Virus record (IMG/VR): IMGVR_UViG_3300018481_000024
Location: 1 to 59,362 of that record
Origin: a virus
Taxonomy: Duplodnaviria; Caudoviricetes
Strand: one strand, 5' to 3'
Length of the DNA: 59,362 nucleotides
The notes beneath the pieces were generated by a model. The model made no database searches, was not told the DNA's origin, and saw only the letters and a list, made by a program, of their open reading frames with translations. Position numbers and translations under genes: made by a program. Of this stretch, positions 28,754-38,838 are shown piece after piece. The number at the start of each line of letters is the position of its first letter. Position 1 is the stretch's first letter.

Positions 28754-30228
28754 TGGAGATGATCTTCTCCGACTGGGCGACGACCGTGGGTCTGCGGGAG
28801 ATGTCCACTCACCAGACGGTTGACCTGAGGATGACCCTCTTGGTCAGGTGTCCGTACTTCTTCTCGTCCGACTCCCCCGACCCAGCGGGCGGTAACAACT
28901 ACGACCACATCCTCCGCTGCGAGACTCTCGGTGAGATCCTCGCCAATCCCATGTGGCAGAAGGTGTCCCCCGAACAGGACTTCAAGAACCCTGAGGCTGC
29001 TGTCGCCCCGGTCAGCTTCCGGGGCCAAGGGTCACAGGTCCAAGCTCTCGGCTCATGGGACTACACCTCCGATGAGGACGCCCTGATCTTCGGGTGGGTC
29101 CTGACGGAGGCGACCGATGGTGATCCGTTGGACGAGAACGTCGTCTGCTCCGCCCGGTACAACCGGCTCGTCTTCATCACTAGCAAGGAAGGCCCGCCGG
29201 TCCGTTCGACCACGTTCACCTATGAGACGGAGGGGACGGAGCGAAGTCATCTGTTCGCCTTCGACCTGACCGATGTCGATGAGAAGAACCGGGTCAGGGC
29301 ATGGATCGGAAGCCCGGTTCTGAAGATGCCGCCCATGAAGTGGGAGAGCGCACGCTCCGTCCATGTCTGGATGGATCCGACGAGGACCAACTACATCTCC
29401 AACCCCTCGTTCCAGATCAGCGCAGGCGGTCTGACTGGGTGGCGGTCGAACGCCAAGAACGGAATCGAGTCCATCGTCGGTGGCCGGTTCCGCGGCCTTA
29501 CGTCAGACCTCAAGTGCGGGAAGGTCGGTCTGTACGCCGGGGATCCTGATCTGGTGGTGGAGAGCAACCCGTTCCCGACCCAGAACCGGGAGGGCTGGAC
29601 CTCACAGATCTCCATCTGGATCGAACATCCGAACGTGGAGGTGAGGGCCGGGATCCTCCTCATGCCCAACGACGGGAACGTCGATCCGGGTCACTTGCTG
29701 TACCTGAATTCCGGGTGGCGACGGCTCACGGCTCAGACGTGGTTCGACATCAGGAACGCCCTGCCTCAGGTCGACGGGTTCAAGGAAGGTGTCCTCCGGT
29801 TGGAAGCCCGCCTCATCGAAGGGTCGGACTCAGCCGAGGTCCGTCTTGATGACGCCATCGTGGAGCCGAACATATCCAACAAGGGATTCTTCGACGGCGC
29901 ATATGGAATGGGATTCTCCACCGACTTCAGGTGGGTCAACGGGAGCGATGATGCCAATGCGTCATTCTCCACCTTCTATAACAACAGAGATGCGGTGCAG
30001 CAGTTTCTGTTCGGTACATGGATCCAGATCCGAGACTCCGTCTCCATGGAGGAGACGACGGCGTGGAGCAAGGGCGTAGCCGAAGAGTGGGTACCTGAGG
30101 GTGTTAGGGTCATTGACCACTGGGATGATGTCTCGCTCAAGCGGACGCACTCATGGATGCAGGACGTTCCACTACCGGCGTACGATTATCCAGACAAGTC
30201 TGTTGTATTTGATTTGGAGAACTCATGA
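28753..30228 (+). CDS. Baseplate/minor tail protein with carbohydrate-binding-like domain
   Basis: SAR.V.V...P.R.NYISNPSF....GW; FFDG...DF.W....NAS.S.FY.NR. Confidence 0.65.
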   Translation: MEMIFSDWATTVGLREMSTHQTVDLRMTLLVRCPYFFSSDSPDPAGGNNYDHILRCETLGEILANPMWQKVSPEQDFKNPEAAVAPVSFRGQGSQVQALGSWDYTSDEDALIFGWVLTEATDGDPLDENVVCSARYNRLVFITSKEGPPVRSTTFTYETEGTERSHLFAFDLTDVDEKNRVRAWIGSPVLKMPPMKWESARSVHVWMDPTRTNYISNPSFQISAGGLTGWRSNAKNGIESIVGGRFRGLTSDLKCGKVGLYAGDPDLVVESNPFPTQNREGWTSQISIWIEHPNVEVRAGILLMPNDGNVDPGHLLYLNSGWRRLTAQTWFDIRNALPQVDGFKEGVLRLEARLIEGSDSAEVRLDDAIVEPNISNKGFFDGAYGMGFSTDFRWVNGSDDANASFSTFYNNRDAVQQFLFGTWIQIRDSVSMEETTAWSKGVAEEWVPEGVRVIDHWDDVSLKRTHSWMQDVPLPAYDYPDKSVVFDLENS

Positions 30229-32342
30229 CGCTGGAAGCGCCAGATCTCAAGTGGACTGAACTCCTTCAGGAGATGTCCGACAACAACATCGGGAAGATCA
30301 CCGAAGAGGTGATGAGGTCGGCCCTCCGCTTCTCCCAGTTGTCGTTCCTGCTGCTCGGCGGGTCGAGCCTCAACCTCTCGTCCAGTTGGATCCAGACGAT
30401 CACCCCGGCGAACAGGGGTGGAATCCCGAGTGAGGTACTTCATCAGGAATATGTACTCAACGACATACCCCTGACCGGGTCATCGAACTCCTACGTCTTC
30501 TCCCAGAACTACCTGAGCTTCGGTTCCATCGACGGGGTCCACAAGGGCGTCAAGTACACCACCACCGGAGCTATCGAGGCTCCGACGGCCCAGCGGGTCT
30601 TCCGGGCGGCGTGGAACTTCCAGTACCGGGACACCGCACTCCAGACATATGCCTTGGTGTTGTATGTCATTCCCGCCGAGGTGGACGACGGAGCAGGTGG
30701 CACCCGAGCCGGAGTCTTCCCCGATGACCTCCGCATGGTCGGATCGTTCCCGCTCACCGATGTCTCCCAAGCCATCACCTACGAGACGCCCGAGTCGGAA
30801 CCGAAGGTAGATTCCTACGTCTACCACAGCGTCGGTGACATGCTCCTCGCCTTGGCTCCGGGCGACTTCGTCCTCCCGGCGCTGGCCCACTACGGGCCGT
30901 CGCAGTCGGCGTCGGCGCTGAACCACGACATGTCGATCCAGTTCTCGATGACCTCACTGGGATCGATCGAGGACGTGACGTTCACCGAGGGGTACTGGAC
31001 GGCCTCGGCGTACAACTCGGCCCTCCAAGACGTGGCGCTGGCCGACGGCATCTCGGGCATCGTCCCGGCCATCAGTCCTCCGCTGGCCGGTGGTGTCATC
31101 GGCGGTGACTCGACGCTGCCGCCCATCACGTCCACCGGGAACATGAAGTTCCTGACGGCCCAGACGGGTTCGCCGGGGACCTATCACTGGCGTGATGTCA
31201 TCCACGAGGACGCCAACAACCCTCCGACGGGGACCATCACCGTCGACTGGGCCAACGAGGCCACCATCCCGGCCCAGTGGTGGGCCAACACGACGAACGC
31301 GTCGATCTACTACTTCAAGTGGGGATCCTCCACGACCGGGACGTGGACGCTGCTCGGTGCGATGGTCCCTCCCCGAGGTGCTCATCTTGACGGCGATGTC
31401 CTGACCCTCGGTCCGTCCGGGGTCCTGTGGCAGACCCCCAGCGGGGCGATCACCTTCATCGCCACCGGCTCTCTGCCTCCGTCAGGCCCGCCGGGAGCGG
31501 TGAACATCGATCCGCTCACGGGCGAAGTTCGTCAGTGGTCCGGTACGGCGTGGAACCAGACGATGTTCGTCAGCACCGATGTGCTGCCAGCGTCTCGGGC
31601 CGACGGACAGGTTCTCCAGTGGGAAACCAGTCCGACCCCTCACTGGCAGATGGTCGGCCTCGCCGGGTTCCTGCCCACCGCTGCCAACGGCGACACCCTC
31701 GTCACGGAGGCGGGTAGCTGGATCGCGAAGACGTACAAGCTCACTTCCCTGTACGACGTGGGAACGGTGGCTCCACTCAACGATCAGGTCCCGACATGGG
31801 ACACGACGGAGTCCAAGTTCGTCATGAAGAACCGGCTGCCGTCCGGTACCGGTGTCCCGGTCTACAAGTTCCGAACGATGGAAGCGGCGGCGGTCGTCGG
31901 GACCACGGTGGTACCCGATCCGATACTGATGGCGACGGTGTCGGGCGGTGACAAGTGGTACGAGTACGAGGCCATCATCAGCTTCGCCGCTGATGCTGCC
32001 GCCGACATCCAGTTGGGTACCCAGTTCACGATCTCGGTGGGGACGGGAGCCGTGTCGAACAACTGGTCGATCCTCGGTGTCGTTCCCAATGGAACGTCCC
32101 AGATGTGGAGTGGGCACATTGACACCAACGGAGCGGTCGGCTCTGTGTTCTTCGACGGCCTCGGTGTCACCCCGGCTGACCGGCGCTCGGTGACGATGAG
32201 GGGCGTCGTCTATGTGGACGCAACCGTCACCGAGGCTGAACTCGCCATCGTGTCGTCAGAAGCCACCGCAGGAGGTGGCTGCTACATCTACGAGTCGTCG
32301 TTCCTCAAGGTGACCCCCATGAACAACGGGTCTGTGACGTAG
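30225..32342 (+). CDS. Tail fibre/receptor-binding protein
   Basis: N-terminal DNNIGKIT...R anchor; repeated DG.VL.W/LTSL.DV..P..DQV..WD fibre motifs; beta-sandwich C-terminus (YE.SFLKV). Confidence 0.7.
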   Translation: MTLEAPDLKWTELLQEMSDNNIGKITEEVMRSALRFSQLSFLLLGGSSLNLSSSWIQTITPANRGGIPSEVLHQEYVLNDIPLTGSSNSYVFSQNYLSFGSIDGVHKGVKYTTTGAIEAPTAQRVFRAAWNFQYRDTALQTYALVLYVIPAEVDDGAGGTRAGVFPDDLRMVGSFPLTDVSQAITYETPESEPKVDSYVYHSVGDMLLALAPGDFVLPALAHYGPSQSASALNHDMSIQFSMTSLGSIEDVTFTEGYWTASAYNSALQDVALADGISGIVPAISPPLAGGVIGGDSTLPPITSTGNMKFLTAQTGSPGTYHWRDVIHEDANNPPTGTITVDWANEATIPAQWWANTTNASIYYFKWGSSTTGTWTLLGAMVPPRGAHLDGDVLTLGPSGVLWQTPSGAITFIATGSLPPSGPPGAVNIDPLTGEVRQWSGTAWNQTMFVSTDVLPASRADGQVLQWETSPTPHWQMVGLAGFLPTAANGDTLVTEAGSWIAKTYKLTSLYDVGTVAPLNDQVPTWDTTESKFVMKNRLPSGTGVPVYKFRTMEAAAVVGTTVVPDPILMATVSGGDKWYEYEAIISFAADAAADIQLGTQFTISVGTGAVSNNWSILGVVPNGTSQMWSGHIDTNGAVGSVFFDGLGVTPADRRSVTMRGVVYVDATVTEAELAIVSSEATAGGGCYIYESSFLKVTPMNNGSVT

Positions 32343-32348
32343 CCCGAG

Positions 32349-32726
32349 ATGGGCTGGGATGAGGTAGATCTCATCGGACCGTATCCACATAGGATGAGAT
32401 TCAGTAAAGAGGATAAAGGTGGGTTCTCATTCTTCACATCCCGTTGTGGATGTGGCTGGAAATACGCAGCACTGAATCAACGAGAGGTTCTTGGTAAGGT
32501 GGCAGAGCACCAAGAATCGGTGGAAAATGAGGTGGCCTCCATGAGTGACGACGACGAGGATCGCAACCTTCGGGAGCGGCTCGGCGACGCTATTGACGAC
32601 CTCGGAGACAGGATCCGGGGACGTGATGACGACGTGGACCCCGAGGTCGAGCTGCGTCGGCTCGGTGACGACGACCAAGACGCCACGCCGAGTGACGACG
32701 AGCTGGTGACGGAGGACGAGCGATGA
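32349..32726 (+). CDS. Hypothetical protein (H..CxCGW..H possible Zn site plus acidic tail); alternative start ATG 32541
   Basis: ORF track; AT-richer 5' half; GAGGTGG precedes ATG 32541; overlaps the endolysin start. Confidence 0.45.
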   Translation: MGWDEVDLIGPYPHRMRFSKEDKGGFSFFTSRCGCGWKYAALNQREVLGKVAEHQESVENEVASMSDDDEDRNLRERLGDAIDDLGDRIRGRDDDVDPEVELRRLGDDDQDATPSDDELVTEDER

Positions 32727-33445
32727 GCTGGTATGTCGGTAGTTCCCTCGATCAGCTTCTGAACGAGATCAACGCCTCGGCCCCGAACCGGAACAAGGCG
32801 AGCGATGGAAGCATCGGGGACGCCAGTCACAGCGCGTCCACCAGCGACCATAATCCGTGTGATTGCCACAACGCTGTGTGTGCTCGGGACTACACGCATG
32901 ATCCCGGCGGTGGCTTCGACAGCTACGCCTTCGCCCACTGGCTGGCGGACCGGACCAAGGGTCCCGAGGCTCGGGTCAAGTACATCATCAGCAACGGGCA
33001 GATCGCGAGCGGGCAGGGTCAGTCATATCCGGCTGGACAATGGCGTCCATATACCGGATCCAACAAACATGACCATCATGTACACGTTTCTGTCCGCCAC
33101 GGTTCGGAGTACTTCGACAACGCTGGCGGATGGAGCTGGTCGGGCGGAGCGCCCGGTCCCGACAACCCACCCCCGGAGATTGGACTTGATCAGATGTTCG
33201 CACTCATCAGATTCGACAACAAGGTATATCGCTGGAACGGCATCAACCGCGTCCACGTCCCCAACGAGCAGATGCTCGGCGGCGACCAGATCATGCTCGG
33301 TGTGATGGGCATGGACCAGACGATCTGGGATGTCGACCCGTGGTGGGGTTCGACCTACCCCGAGGCGACCGACAGCCAGACGTACTGGAACACCTCGGTC
33401 ATCGCGCAGCACACGCCGGGTCTGCCTCCCGACCACATCGCCTGA
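32723..33445 (+). CDS. Endolysin (M15-like Zn peptidase of actinophage type)
   Basis: SL.QL..EIN...PNR.KASDG.IGD..H....SDHNP..ARD..KYII.N..I..WR.YTGSN.H.HHVHVS. Confidence 0.82.
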   Translation: MSWYVGSSLDQLLNEINASAPNRNKASDGSIGDASHSASTSDHNPCDCHNAVCARDYTHDPGGGFDSYAFAHWLADRTKGPEARVKYIISNGQIASGQGQSYPAGQWRPYTGSNKHDHHVHVSVRHGSEYFDNAGGWSWSGGAPGPDNPPPEIGLDQMFALIRFDNKVYRWNGINRVHVPNEQMLGGDQIMLGVMGMDQTIWDVDPWWGSTYPEATDSQTYWNTSVIAQHTPGLPPDHIA

Positions 33446-33448
33446 TCG

Positions 33449-34027
33449 ATGCCATCTTCCTACAGGGGCATCACCGTCCCTGATGACACCGACTGGGCTG
33501 ACATCGAGACTGCGTTCCGCAGCTTCCTCGACAAGTTGTCCCCGGTCGGAGAGGTCAGGATGTTCGCCGGGGCTGCTGCCCCGGCTGGGTTCCTCCTGTG
33601 CGACGGAGCGGCCATCCCTGCCGGGACGGACTACAACGCTCTCAGAACCCTGATTGGTGCGAACACTCCAGATTTCAGGGGTCGTTCGCCCTTCGGTCCC
33701 GGTGCCAGTGGTGTCGCTCTGAACGCTGCCGGTGGAGCGCAGACCGTCGCTCTCTCCGAGGCGCAGATCGGAAGCCACGCTCACGCCGGGGGTACCGCTG
33801 CGGCGGGGAACCACTGGCACTACATCCAGTCCATCGCCGGGGTCGGTACCGGCAACAACTCATGGGGCATGGGTACGTTCACCATCTCCGGGCAGCGTGA
33901 CTACAACACCGACTGGGCTGCTCAAGGGGACCACGCTCACAACTTCTCCACCGATTACCGAGGCGGCAACCAAGCTCATGAGAACATGCCGCCGTGGCGG
34001 GGCATCAACTTCATCATCAAGTGGTAG
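33449..34027 (+). CDS. Tail-collar-domain short fibre
   Basis: PVGEVRMFAG..AP.GFLLCDG..PDFRGR.P.G..H.H..AHENMPPW..INFIIK. Confidence 0.82.
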   Translation: MPSSYRGITVPDDTDWADIETAFRSFLDKLSPVGEVRMFAGAAAPAGFLLCDGAAIPAGTDYNALRTLIGANTPDFRGRSPFGPGASGVALNAAGGAQTVALSEAQIGSHAHAGGTAAAGNHWHYIQSIAGVGTGNNSWGMGTFTISGQRDYNTDWAAQGDHAHNFSTDYRGGNQAHENMPPWRGINFIIKW

Positions 34028-34033
34028 GGGATA

Positions 34034-34738
34034 ATGGCTCAATACGGGACACATAATCTGGAGATACCGGACGGGAGTGACCGGGCCAGCGCGACGGTGG
34101 CCTTCTCCGAGTTCACCAACACCCTCGACCCGGTGCTGGACGCCATCTCCACTCAGGCCGACAACGCTGCCAGTTCGGTCGGCGAAGTCTCCGACCAGTA
34201 CGGATCTCTGAGCGCCACCGTCGCTCAGCAAGCCACCAGCATCAGCAACCTCAACACCAAGACCACCAACCTCGCCAAGGCCGGGACCGTGCTGGTGGTT
34301 CGGCTGACCGCTGACTTCCACGTCGGCACTGACGCTGCTCACATCACCCTTCCGTTCGACACGGTCGATTACCGACATCCCTCGGGTACGTTCGCCAACG
34401 GGGTCTGGACCGCTCCTGCTGCTGGCCGGGTCAGGGTGACGGCAGGAGCGATGCCCTGCTACGGATCTGCTTGGGGAGCGGCGGACCTACAGGGGTTTCC
34501 GTCAATCCTCTCCATCGTCAAGTCGGGGACGCTCTACCGGATCGGCCAAGTCGGGGCGCATCACAACTTCTTCATTCTCAACGGGTCAACGACCTTCACG
34601 GTTGCTGCTGGGAACCAGATCACCGCCGCTATCTACATGAATGCCATAAACATCTACAAGACGGTCAGGGCCAGTCCCACCGACGACAATGGCAACTTCA
34701 TGATGATCGAGTATCTCCGAGATGCGGAGATCTCATAA
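34034..34738 (+). CDS. Fibre protein: anchor, coiled coil, C1q/TNF-like head
   Basis: LPFDTV.Y..G.F..GVWTAP.AG...V.A C1q-like motif after a heptad region. Confidence 0.7.
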   Translation: MAQYGTHNLEIPDGSDRASATVAFSEFTNTLDPVLDAISTQADNAASSVGEVSDQYGSLSATVAQQATSISNLNTKTTNLAKAGTVLVVRLTADFHVGTDAAHITLPFDTVDYRHPSGTFANGVWTAPAAGRVRVTAGAMPCYGSAWGAADLQGFPSILSIVKSGTLYRIGQVGAHHNFFILNGSTTFTVAAGNQITAAIYMNAINIYKTVRASPTDDNGNFMMIEYLRDAEIS

Positions 34739-34749
34739 AGGGGTAAATC

Positions 34750-34944
34750 ATGCTTTCAGTCATCGTTTCCAATGGGGATACCGCCGAGGTGTTCTTCCTC
34801 ATCGCCCTGATCCTCTTCGTGATCGCTGCGGTGGCTGGGTTCATCCGTCCCGGCACTCCCAACGGTCCGTACGCCTACCCATGGAACTCGGTGCTGGTGG
34901 CGGCGGGGTTGGCCTTCACCGCAGCCGGTTTCCTCTGGCTCTAA
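34750..34944 (+). CDS. Small two-TM membrane protein (holin candidate)
   Basis: Two hydrophobic segments in 64 aa; lysis region. Confidence 0.55.
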   Translation: MLSVIVSNGDTAEVFFLIALILFVIAAVAGFIRPGTPNGPYAYPWNSVLVAAGLAFTAAGFLWL

Positions 34945-34957
34945 GGAGCAGGACGGT

Positions 34958-35209
34958 GTGGACCTCCAGACGTTCGCCCTCGGCCTCGGCACGGTTCTAA
35001 CTGGGGCTGGTGGGGTGACGCTGGCGGTTCATGAATTTCGCAAGCGTGACAGGCGGGCGTTGAACGACGAAGCTGGAGCTATGTCGGACGACCTGACACG
35101 GGTCCGCCACGATCTGGTGGTGTGCCGCCGCTACTCCTTCGACCTCGCCGAGCGGTTGGCCGACCATGGACTTGAGGTGCCCGATCCTCCTGAGACGAAG
35201 CTGCCATGA
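34958..35209 (+). CDS. Membrane protein with coiled coil (lysis accessory)
   Basis: AAGGAG RBS and GTG start; N-terminal TM followed by an amphipathic helix. Confidence 0.6.
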   Translation: MDLQTFALGLGTVLTGAGGVTLAVHEFRKRDRRALNDEAGAMSDDLTRVRHDLVVCRRYSFDLAERLADHGLEVPDPPETKLP

Positions 35210-35865
35210 AGCGGAGCAGCGTATGGGCGCTGGTCGGGGTGATGCTGTTCATGACGGCGGTGCTGTTCTCGGCGACGGTCACCTCGGCGATCCCCGAGCC
35301 GATCGCTGGGGTGTCAGGACCAGCGGGACCGCCCGGACCAGCGGGACCGCCGGGTGAACGCGGTGAGAATGGCGTCACCGTCATGGGACCACCGGGTGTG
35401 CAGGGCGAACCCGGTAGGGCAGGTGCTGCTGGTGCGACCGGCAGAGCCGGTGACTCGATCATCGGTCCGCCGGGTGAGTCGATCATCGGACTGCCCGGTG
35501 CCAATGGCTCCGACGGTGCGGCTGGTGCCAACGGCGCTGACAGCACGGTGCCCGGACCGGCTGGCTCACCGGGAGCTACAGGTGCTCCGGGTTCGACAGG
35601 AGCGCCGGGACCACAGGGCGCTGACTCCACGGTGCCGGGACCGCAAGGCGAGCCGGGAGCGACAGGAGCGCCGGGTCCCCAAGGTGCCACGGGTGAGCCG
35701 GGTCCCCGAGGATTGCCCGGACCTCAGGGCGTACAGGGGCCGAAGGGTGATCCGGGTGAACCCGCTCCCCTCATCGAGTGCCCGCCGGGGTACTCCAATC
35801 AGGAGGTCACGGTCGATGTGAAGGGACGTGGGGAGGTCACGATCTATGGATGCATCAAAAACTAG
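35206..35865 (+). CDS. Membrane-anchored/secreted collagen-like protein with C-terminal Cys pair
   Basis: Signal/TM segment, Gly-X-Y run, ECPPGY...IYGC. Confidence 0.75.
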   Translation: MKRSSVWALVGVMLFMTAVLFSATVTSAIPEPIAGVSGPAGPPGPAGPPGERGENGVTVMGPPGVQGEPGRAGAAGATGRAGDSIIGPPGESIIGLPGANGSDGAAGANGADSTVPGPAGSPGATGAPGSTGAPGPQGADSTVPGPQGEPGATGAPGPQGATGEPGPRGLPGPQGVQGPKGDPGEPAPLIECPPGYSNQEVTVDVKGRGEVTIYGCIKN

Positions 35866-35889
35866 TGACGACACGCTAGTATCTGGCTC

Positions 35890-36138
35890 ATGCTGATTCT
35901 CCTACTGATCGTCGCAGTTTCTGTCCTCGGGATCGCCACCGTCCTCATCAAGCGGGCGGAGCGGACGATCCACGACCGGTTCGAATGGAAGACGACGGCC
36001 CTCGATCCTCCGGTCAAGCAGGCCGAGGCCCACCTCGTCACGAACTTGAAGGTCATCCACTACCTGTACGACTGGGAGCGGGAAGGCTGGTACGTCTCCT
36101 CAGAGAAACGGACAGGACGCCTTGATGAACTCGCGTAG
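35890..36138 (+). CDS. Small membrane protein, possibly leaderless
   Basis: N-terminal TM; TAGTAT 7 nt before the ATG; overlaps the convergent primase 3' end. Confidence 0.45.
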   Translation: MLILLLIVAVSVLGIATVLIKRAERTIHDRFEWKTTALDPPVKQAEAHLVTNLKVIHYLYDWEREGWYVSSEKRTGRLDELA

Positions 36139-37002
36139 TTCGGTGTCGCTGGGGAACTCACCCGGATCCTTGTAGGGGTACCCTTCATAATCGGCACGGA
36201 ACACGGCCTTCCCCATTCTCGTCAGTCGTTGAACGAGAAACTGATTGCCCTTGTAGCCCGCCGGGTCGTTGTCGAGGCAGGCGATGATGCCGAAGTACTC
36301 GGCGAGCAGATCGATCTGGGCGATGGAGACGTAGCTCCCCATGATGGCGACGGCCTGAACCCCGCACTGGTGGAGCCGGACCACGTCGAGCGGTGACTCC
36401 ACGACGGCGGTGAACTTCGACGGTGAGTTGCGGTGGTGGCCGAACAGGAGCTTCGCCTTGTCGATCCCCTTGGGCAGCGTGTAGACGGCCCCGGACTGCT
36501 TCACCTGCGACCCGACCAGTTCGCCGTCGGGATCGTGCAGCGGGATGACCCAGCACTTGGTCTGGGTGCTCCACCGGATCTCGTAGCGGTCGAGAGTGTC
36601 CGGTACCAGCTTCCTCCGGTCCGCCAGCCGTTTCGGGACCTCGATGATCGTCGGGTCCAGCTCCTCCTCTGCCGGAGGACGAGCGGGGTGGTGCGCCATG
36701 CTCCGGCGACGGTCCGCCACCACCGCGGTGTTCCGGTAGTTGGAGAGCGACACCACCAGCATCTGGCCCCGGAGATCCTCGGGCGGCTCCTGTCCGAGGT
36801 CACGGAACAGGCCGATGATCGTGCCCTTGTACCCGCAGGAGAAGCAGTAGTGGACGAACGGCGGCTCGGTGTTCATCGACCACGACGGCTTGTGGTCGAC
36901 CGAGCCGGTGCGTTCCTCGTGGAGCGGGCAGTGCCCGATCACCTCGTCGCCCTTCTCGTGGAGTCCTTCGACCCCGAGTTCGGTGAGGAGGTCGAGGATC
37001 AC
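36100..37002 (-). CDS. dnaG: DNA primase (CHC2 zinc finger plus TOPRIM)
   Basis: CPLH..D.KPSWS..CFSCG; VVESPLD; LDNDPAG; KDPGE. Confidence 0.92.
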   Translation of the reverse strand: MILDLLTELGVEGLHEKGDEVIGHCPLHEERTGSVDHKPSWSMNTEPPFVHYCFSCGYKGTIIGLFRDLGQEPPEDLRGQMLVVSLSNYRNTAVVADRRRSMAHHPARPPAEEELDPTIIEVPKRLADRRKLVPDTLDRYEIRWSTQTKCWVIPLHDPDGELVGSQVKQSGAVYTLPKGIDKAKLLFGHHRNSPSKFTAVVESPLDVVRLHQCGVQAVAIMGSYVSIAQIDLLAEYFGIIACLDNDPAGYKGNQFLVQRLTRMGKAVFRADYEGYPYKDPGEFPSDTELREFIKASCPFL

Positions 37003-38264
37003 AGGGCGCTCGCCGGGTGTCCGGTTGACGATCCGCCGTTCCCGCTGGGGTCGAGGACGGCCAGCAGACCAGCATCGCCACGGTCGACCTCGGAGATGTC
37101 GCCGTTCACCCAGTCGACCTTGACGTAGGCGAGGGTCGGGACGCCGGATCTCATGGCGAGGATCTCGATCTCGACATAGTCCCCGCCGAGGCGACGGAGT
37201 CCCAGCAGCACGTCACTGTCCTGAGCGTAGGAGGACGAGTAGCCGCCCGAGTACATGTTGAGCTTCCCCCGCACCGTCTTGCTCATCAGGCTCTGGGTCG
37301 AGGCGACGACCGGGATCTCCCGCTCCATGGCGAGTTCCTTGAGGCCACGGGTGATGTTGGTGATGGCCCGAGGGGAGCCGGACGGCTCTCCCTGCTCGTC
37401 GGTCATCATGTAGATGCCGTCCACGATGATCAGGTCCGGTTCGAACGTGGTGTGCAGTCCCCGGAGCTTGGTGATGGTGTCGATCTCCCGGCGGGTGTCG
37501 ATGATGCGGGCACCCTCCAAGGTTCGGAGACGACGGATCTCCGCTCCGACCCGGTCCCGTTCCTTCTTGGTCAGCGACCCCTCCCTGAGGGCGGTCAGGT
37601 CGACTTCGAAGGCGAGCGAGACGTACATCCGCAGCAGCTCGTCGGTGGTCATTTCGAACGAGCAGAACAGGATGTTCCGACCGGCGATCTTGGCGGCGTA
37701 CATCATCTTGACCAGCGCCGTGGTCTTGCCCTGCTTGGCGAGGGCGGTGAGGGTGATCAACTGACCGGGCTGCCAGCCGCTGGTGGCCTTGTCGAGGGAG
37801 GGCAGGCCGAAGGGTATTCCCTGAGTCCGCTGCCGCCTCAGGATTTCAGCACTGTTGGCAACGGCGTGGGGGTGGATGTCGGTGCTCTCGGCGACGGAGC
37901 CGAAGCGGTACTTCTGCTGGACCTCCGTCGCGATGATGCCGTTGACGTGGGCGTTGAACTCGCCGTCGTTGATGGCGACGGTGATCCGTTCGATCAACTC
38001 GTCCTGCGCCCTCGTCTCAACGAGGTGGCCGAGGTACACCGACAGCGGCTGGGTCGCCTCGACCGGCTGCCAGTTCGGGTACACCGTGTGGATGATGGTC
38101 AGGTCCGTGAGTGGTCCGTACTCGATCATTTTCCTGAATATGTTCAGGTGTATGGATTTACGGAAGACATCCTCGTGGATGCTGGCGTCGAGCAGATCCA
38201 GCACTCGGCTCTGGGTGATGGCTGCGCTCAGGACGAGCGCCTCGTAGTCGGTGGTCTGGTCCAT
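36999..38264 (-). CDS. dnaB: Replicative DnaB-like helicase
   Basis: G.QPGQLI.L.ALAKQGKT; SFEM; LIIVDGIYMM; LK.LA.E..IPVV..Q; QDSDV; start set at ATG 38264, not the ORF-track start. Confidence 0.92.
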   Translation of the reverse strand: MDQTTDYEALVLSAAITQSRVLDLLDASIHEDVFRKSIHLNIFRKMIEYGPLTDLTIIHTVYPNWQPVEATQPLSVYLGHLVETRAQDELIERITVAINDGEFNAHVNGIIATEVQQKYRFGSVAESTDIHPHAVANSAEILRRQRTQGIPFGLPSLDKATSGWQPGQLITLTALAKQGKTTALVKMMYAAKIAGRNILFCSFEMTTDELLRMYVSLAFEVDLTALREGSLTKKERDRVGAEIRRLRTLEGARIIDTRREIDTITKLRGLHTTFEPDLIIVDGIYMMTDEQGEPSGSPRAITNITRGLKELAMEREIPVVASTQSLMSKTVRGKLNMYSGGYSSSYAQDSDVLLGLRRLGGDYVEIEILAMRSGVPTLAYVKVDWVNGDISEVDRGDAGLLAVLDPSGNGGSSTGHPASAL

Positions 38265-38269
38265 CTCTC

Positions 38270-38689
38270 TCAATCCGGTAGGTAGCCCATGGCCGGGACG
38301 AGGATGCCCCGCTGCCCGTAGTGGTTGATCCGGTCGGGGTCGCTGTCGTACACCCCGAGCACCCGGAAGGTCTTCAGCACCAGCGTGGAGCAGAAGACGT
38401 TGTAGTCGTAGGGGATCACGCCCCCGACCGCGACATCGGCGTTGTTCAGGAAGTCGCTGGCGTCGTCGGCCACCTCCTCGCCGAGGAACGTGACCACCTC
38501 CACGTCGATCCCCTGAGTGGTCCAGCGGTACGCCTGCTTGAGGCCCAGCATGTTCCACGCCCACGTCGTGGCGGGCGTCCACTGGTTGGACAGGATCAGG
38601 CGCTTCCGCAGGACCGGTTGGGTGAGCACGCCCTCCAGCACCACGATGATCTGGTCCGTCTCCCTGACGCCGAGGTCGTTGCCCTCCAT
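38270..38689 (-). CDS. Hypothetical protein (HAD-like Rossmannoid fold possible)
   Basis: GAGGA RBS and TGATG coupling; MEGNDL..IIVVLEGVL. Confidence 0.6.
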   Translation of the reverse strand: MEGNDLGVRETDQIIVVLEGVLTQPVLRKRLILSNQWTPATTWAWNMLGLKQAYRWTTQGIDVEVVTFLGEEVADDASDFLNNADVAVGGVIPYDYNVFCSTLVLKTFRVLGVYDSDPDRINHYGQRGILVPAMGYLPD

Positions 38690-38838
38690 CAGTCGTCCTC
38701 CCCGTAGACGATCTGCTCCCAGCACGGGCGGCAGGCGTCCTCACCGCTGAACGGTTCGCGGAACACCCGCACCCGTTCACCGCAGAAGTGACAGGTGCCG
38801 ATCTCGGCGAGCACCCATCGGTCGACATGCTCAGACAT
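38689..38838 (-). CDS. 49-aa zinc-finger protein (not in the ORF track)
   Basis: MSEHVDRWVLAEIGTCHFCGERVRVFREPFSGEDACRPCWEQIVYGEDD; TGATG-coupled at both ends. Confidence 0.7.
   Translation of the reverse strand: MSEHVDRWVLAEIGTCHFCGERVRVFREPFSGEDACRPCWEQIVYGEDD

Noticed and set aside
38265-38828. N-terminal extension of DnaB in the 609-aa ORF call
   Set aside because: It overlaps two better-supported coupled genes in other frames; DnaB-like sequence starts at ATG 38264
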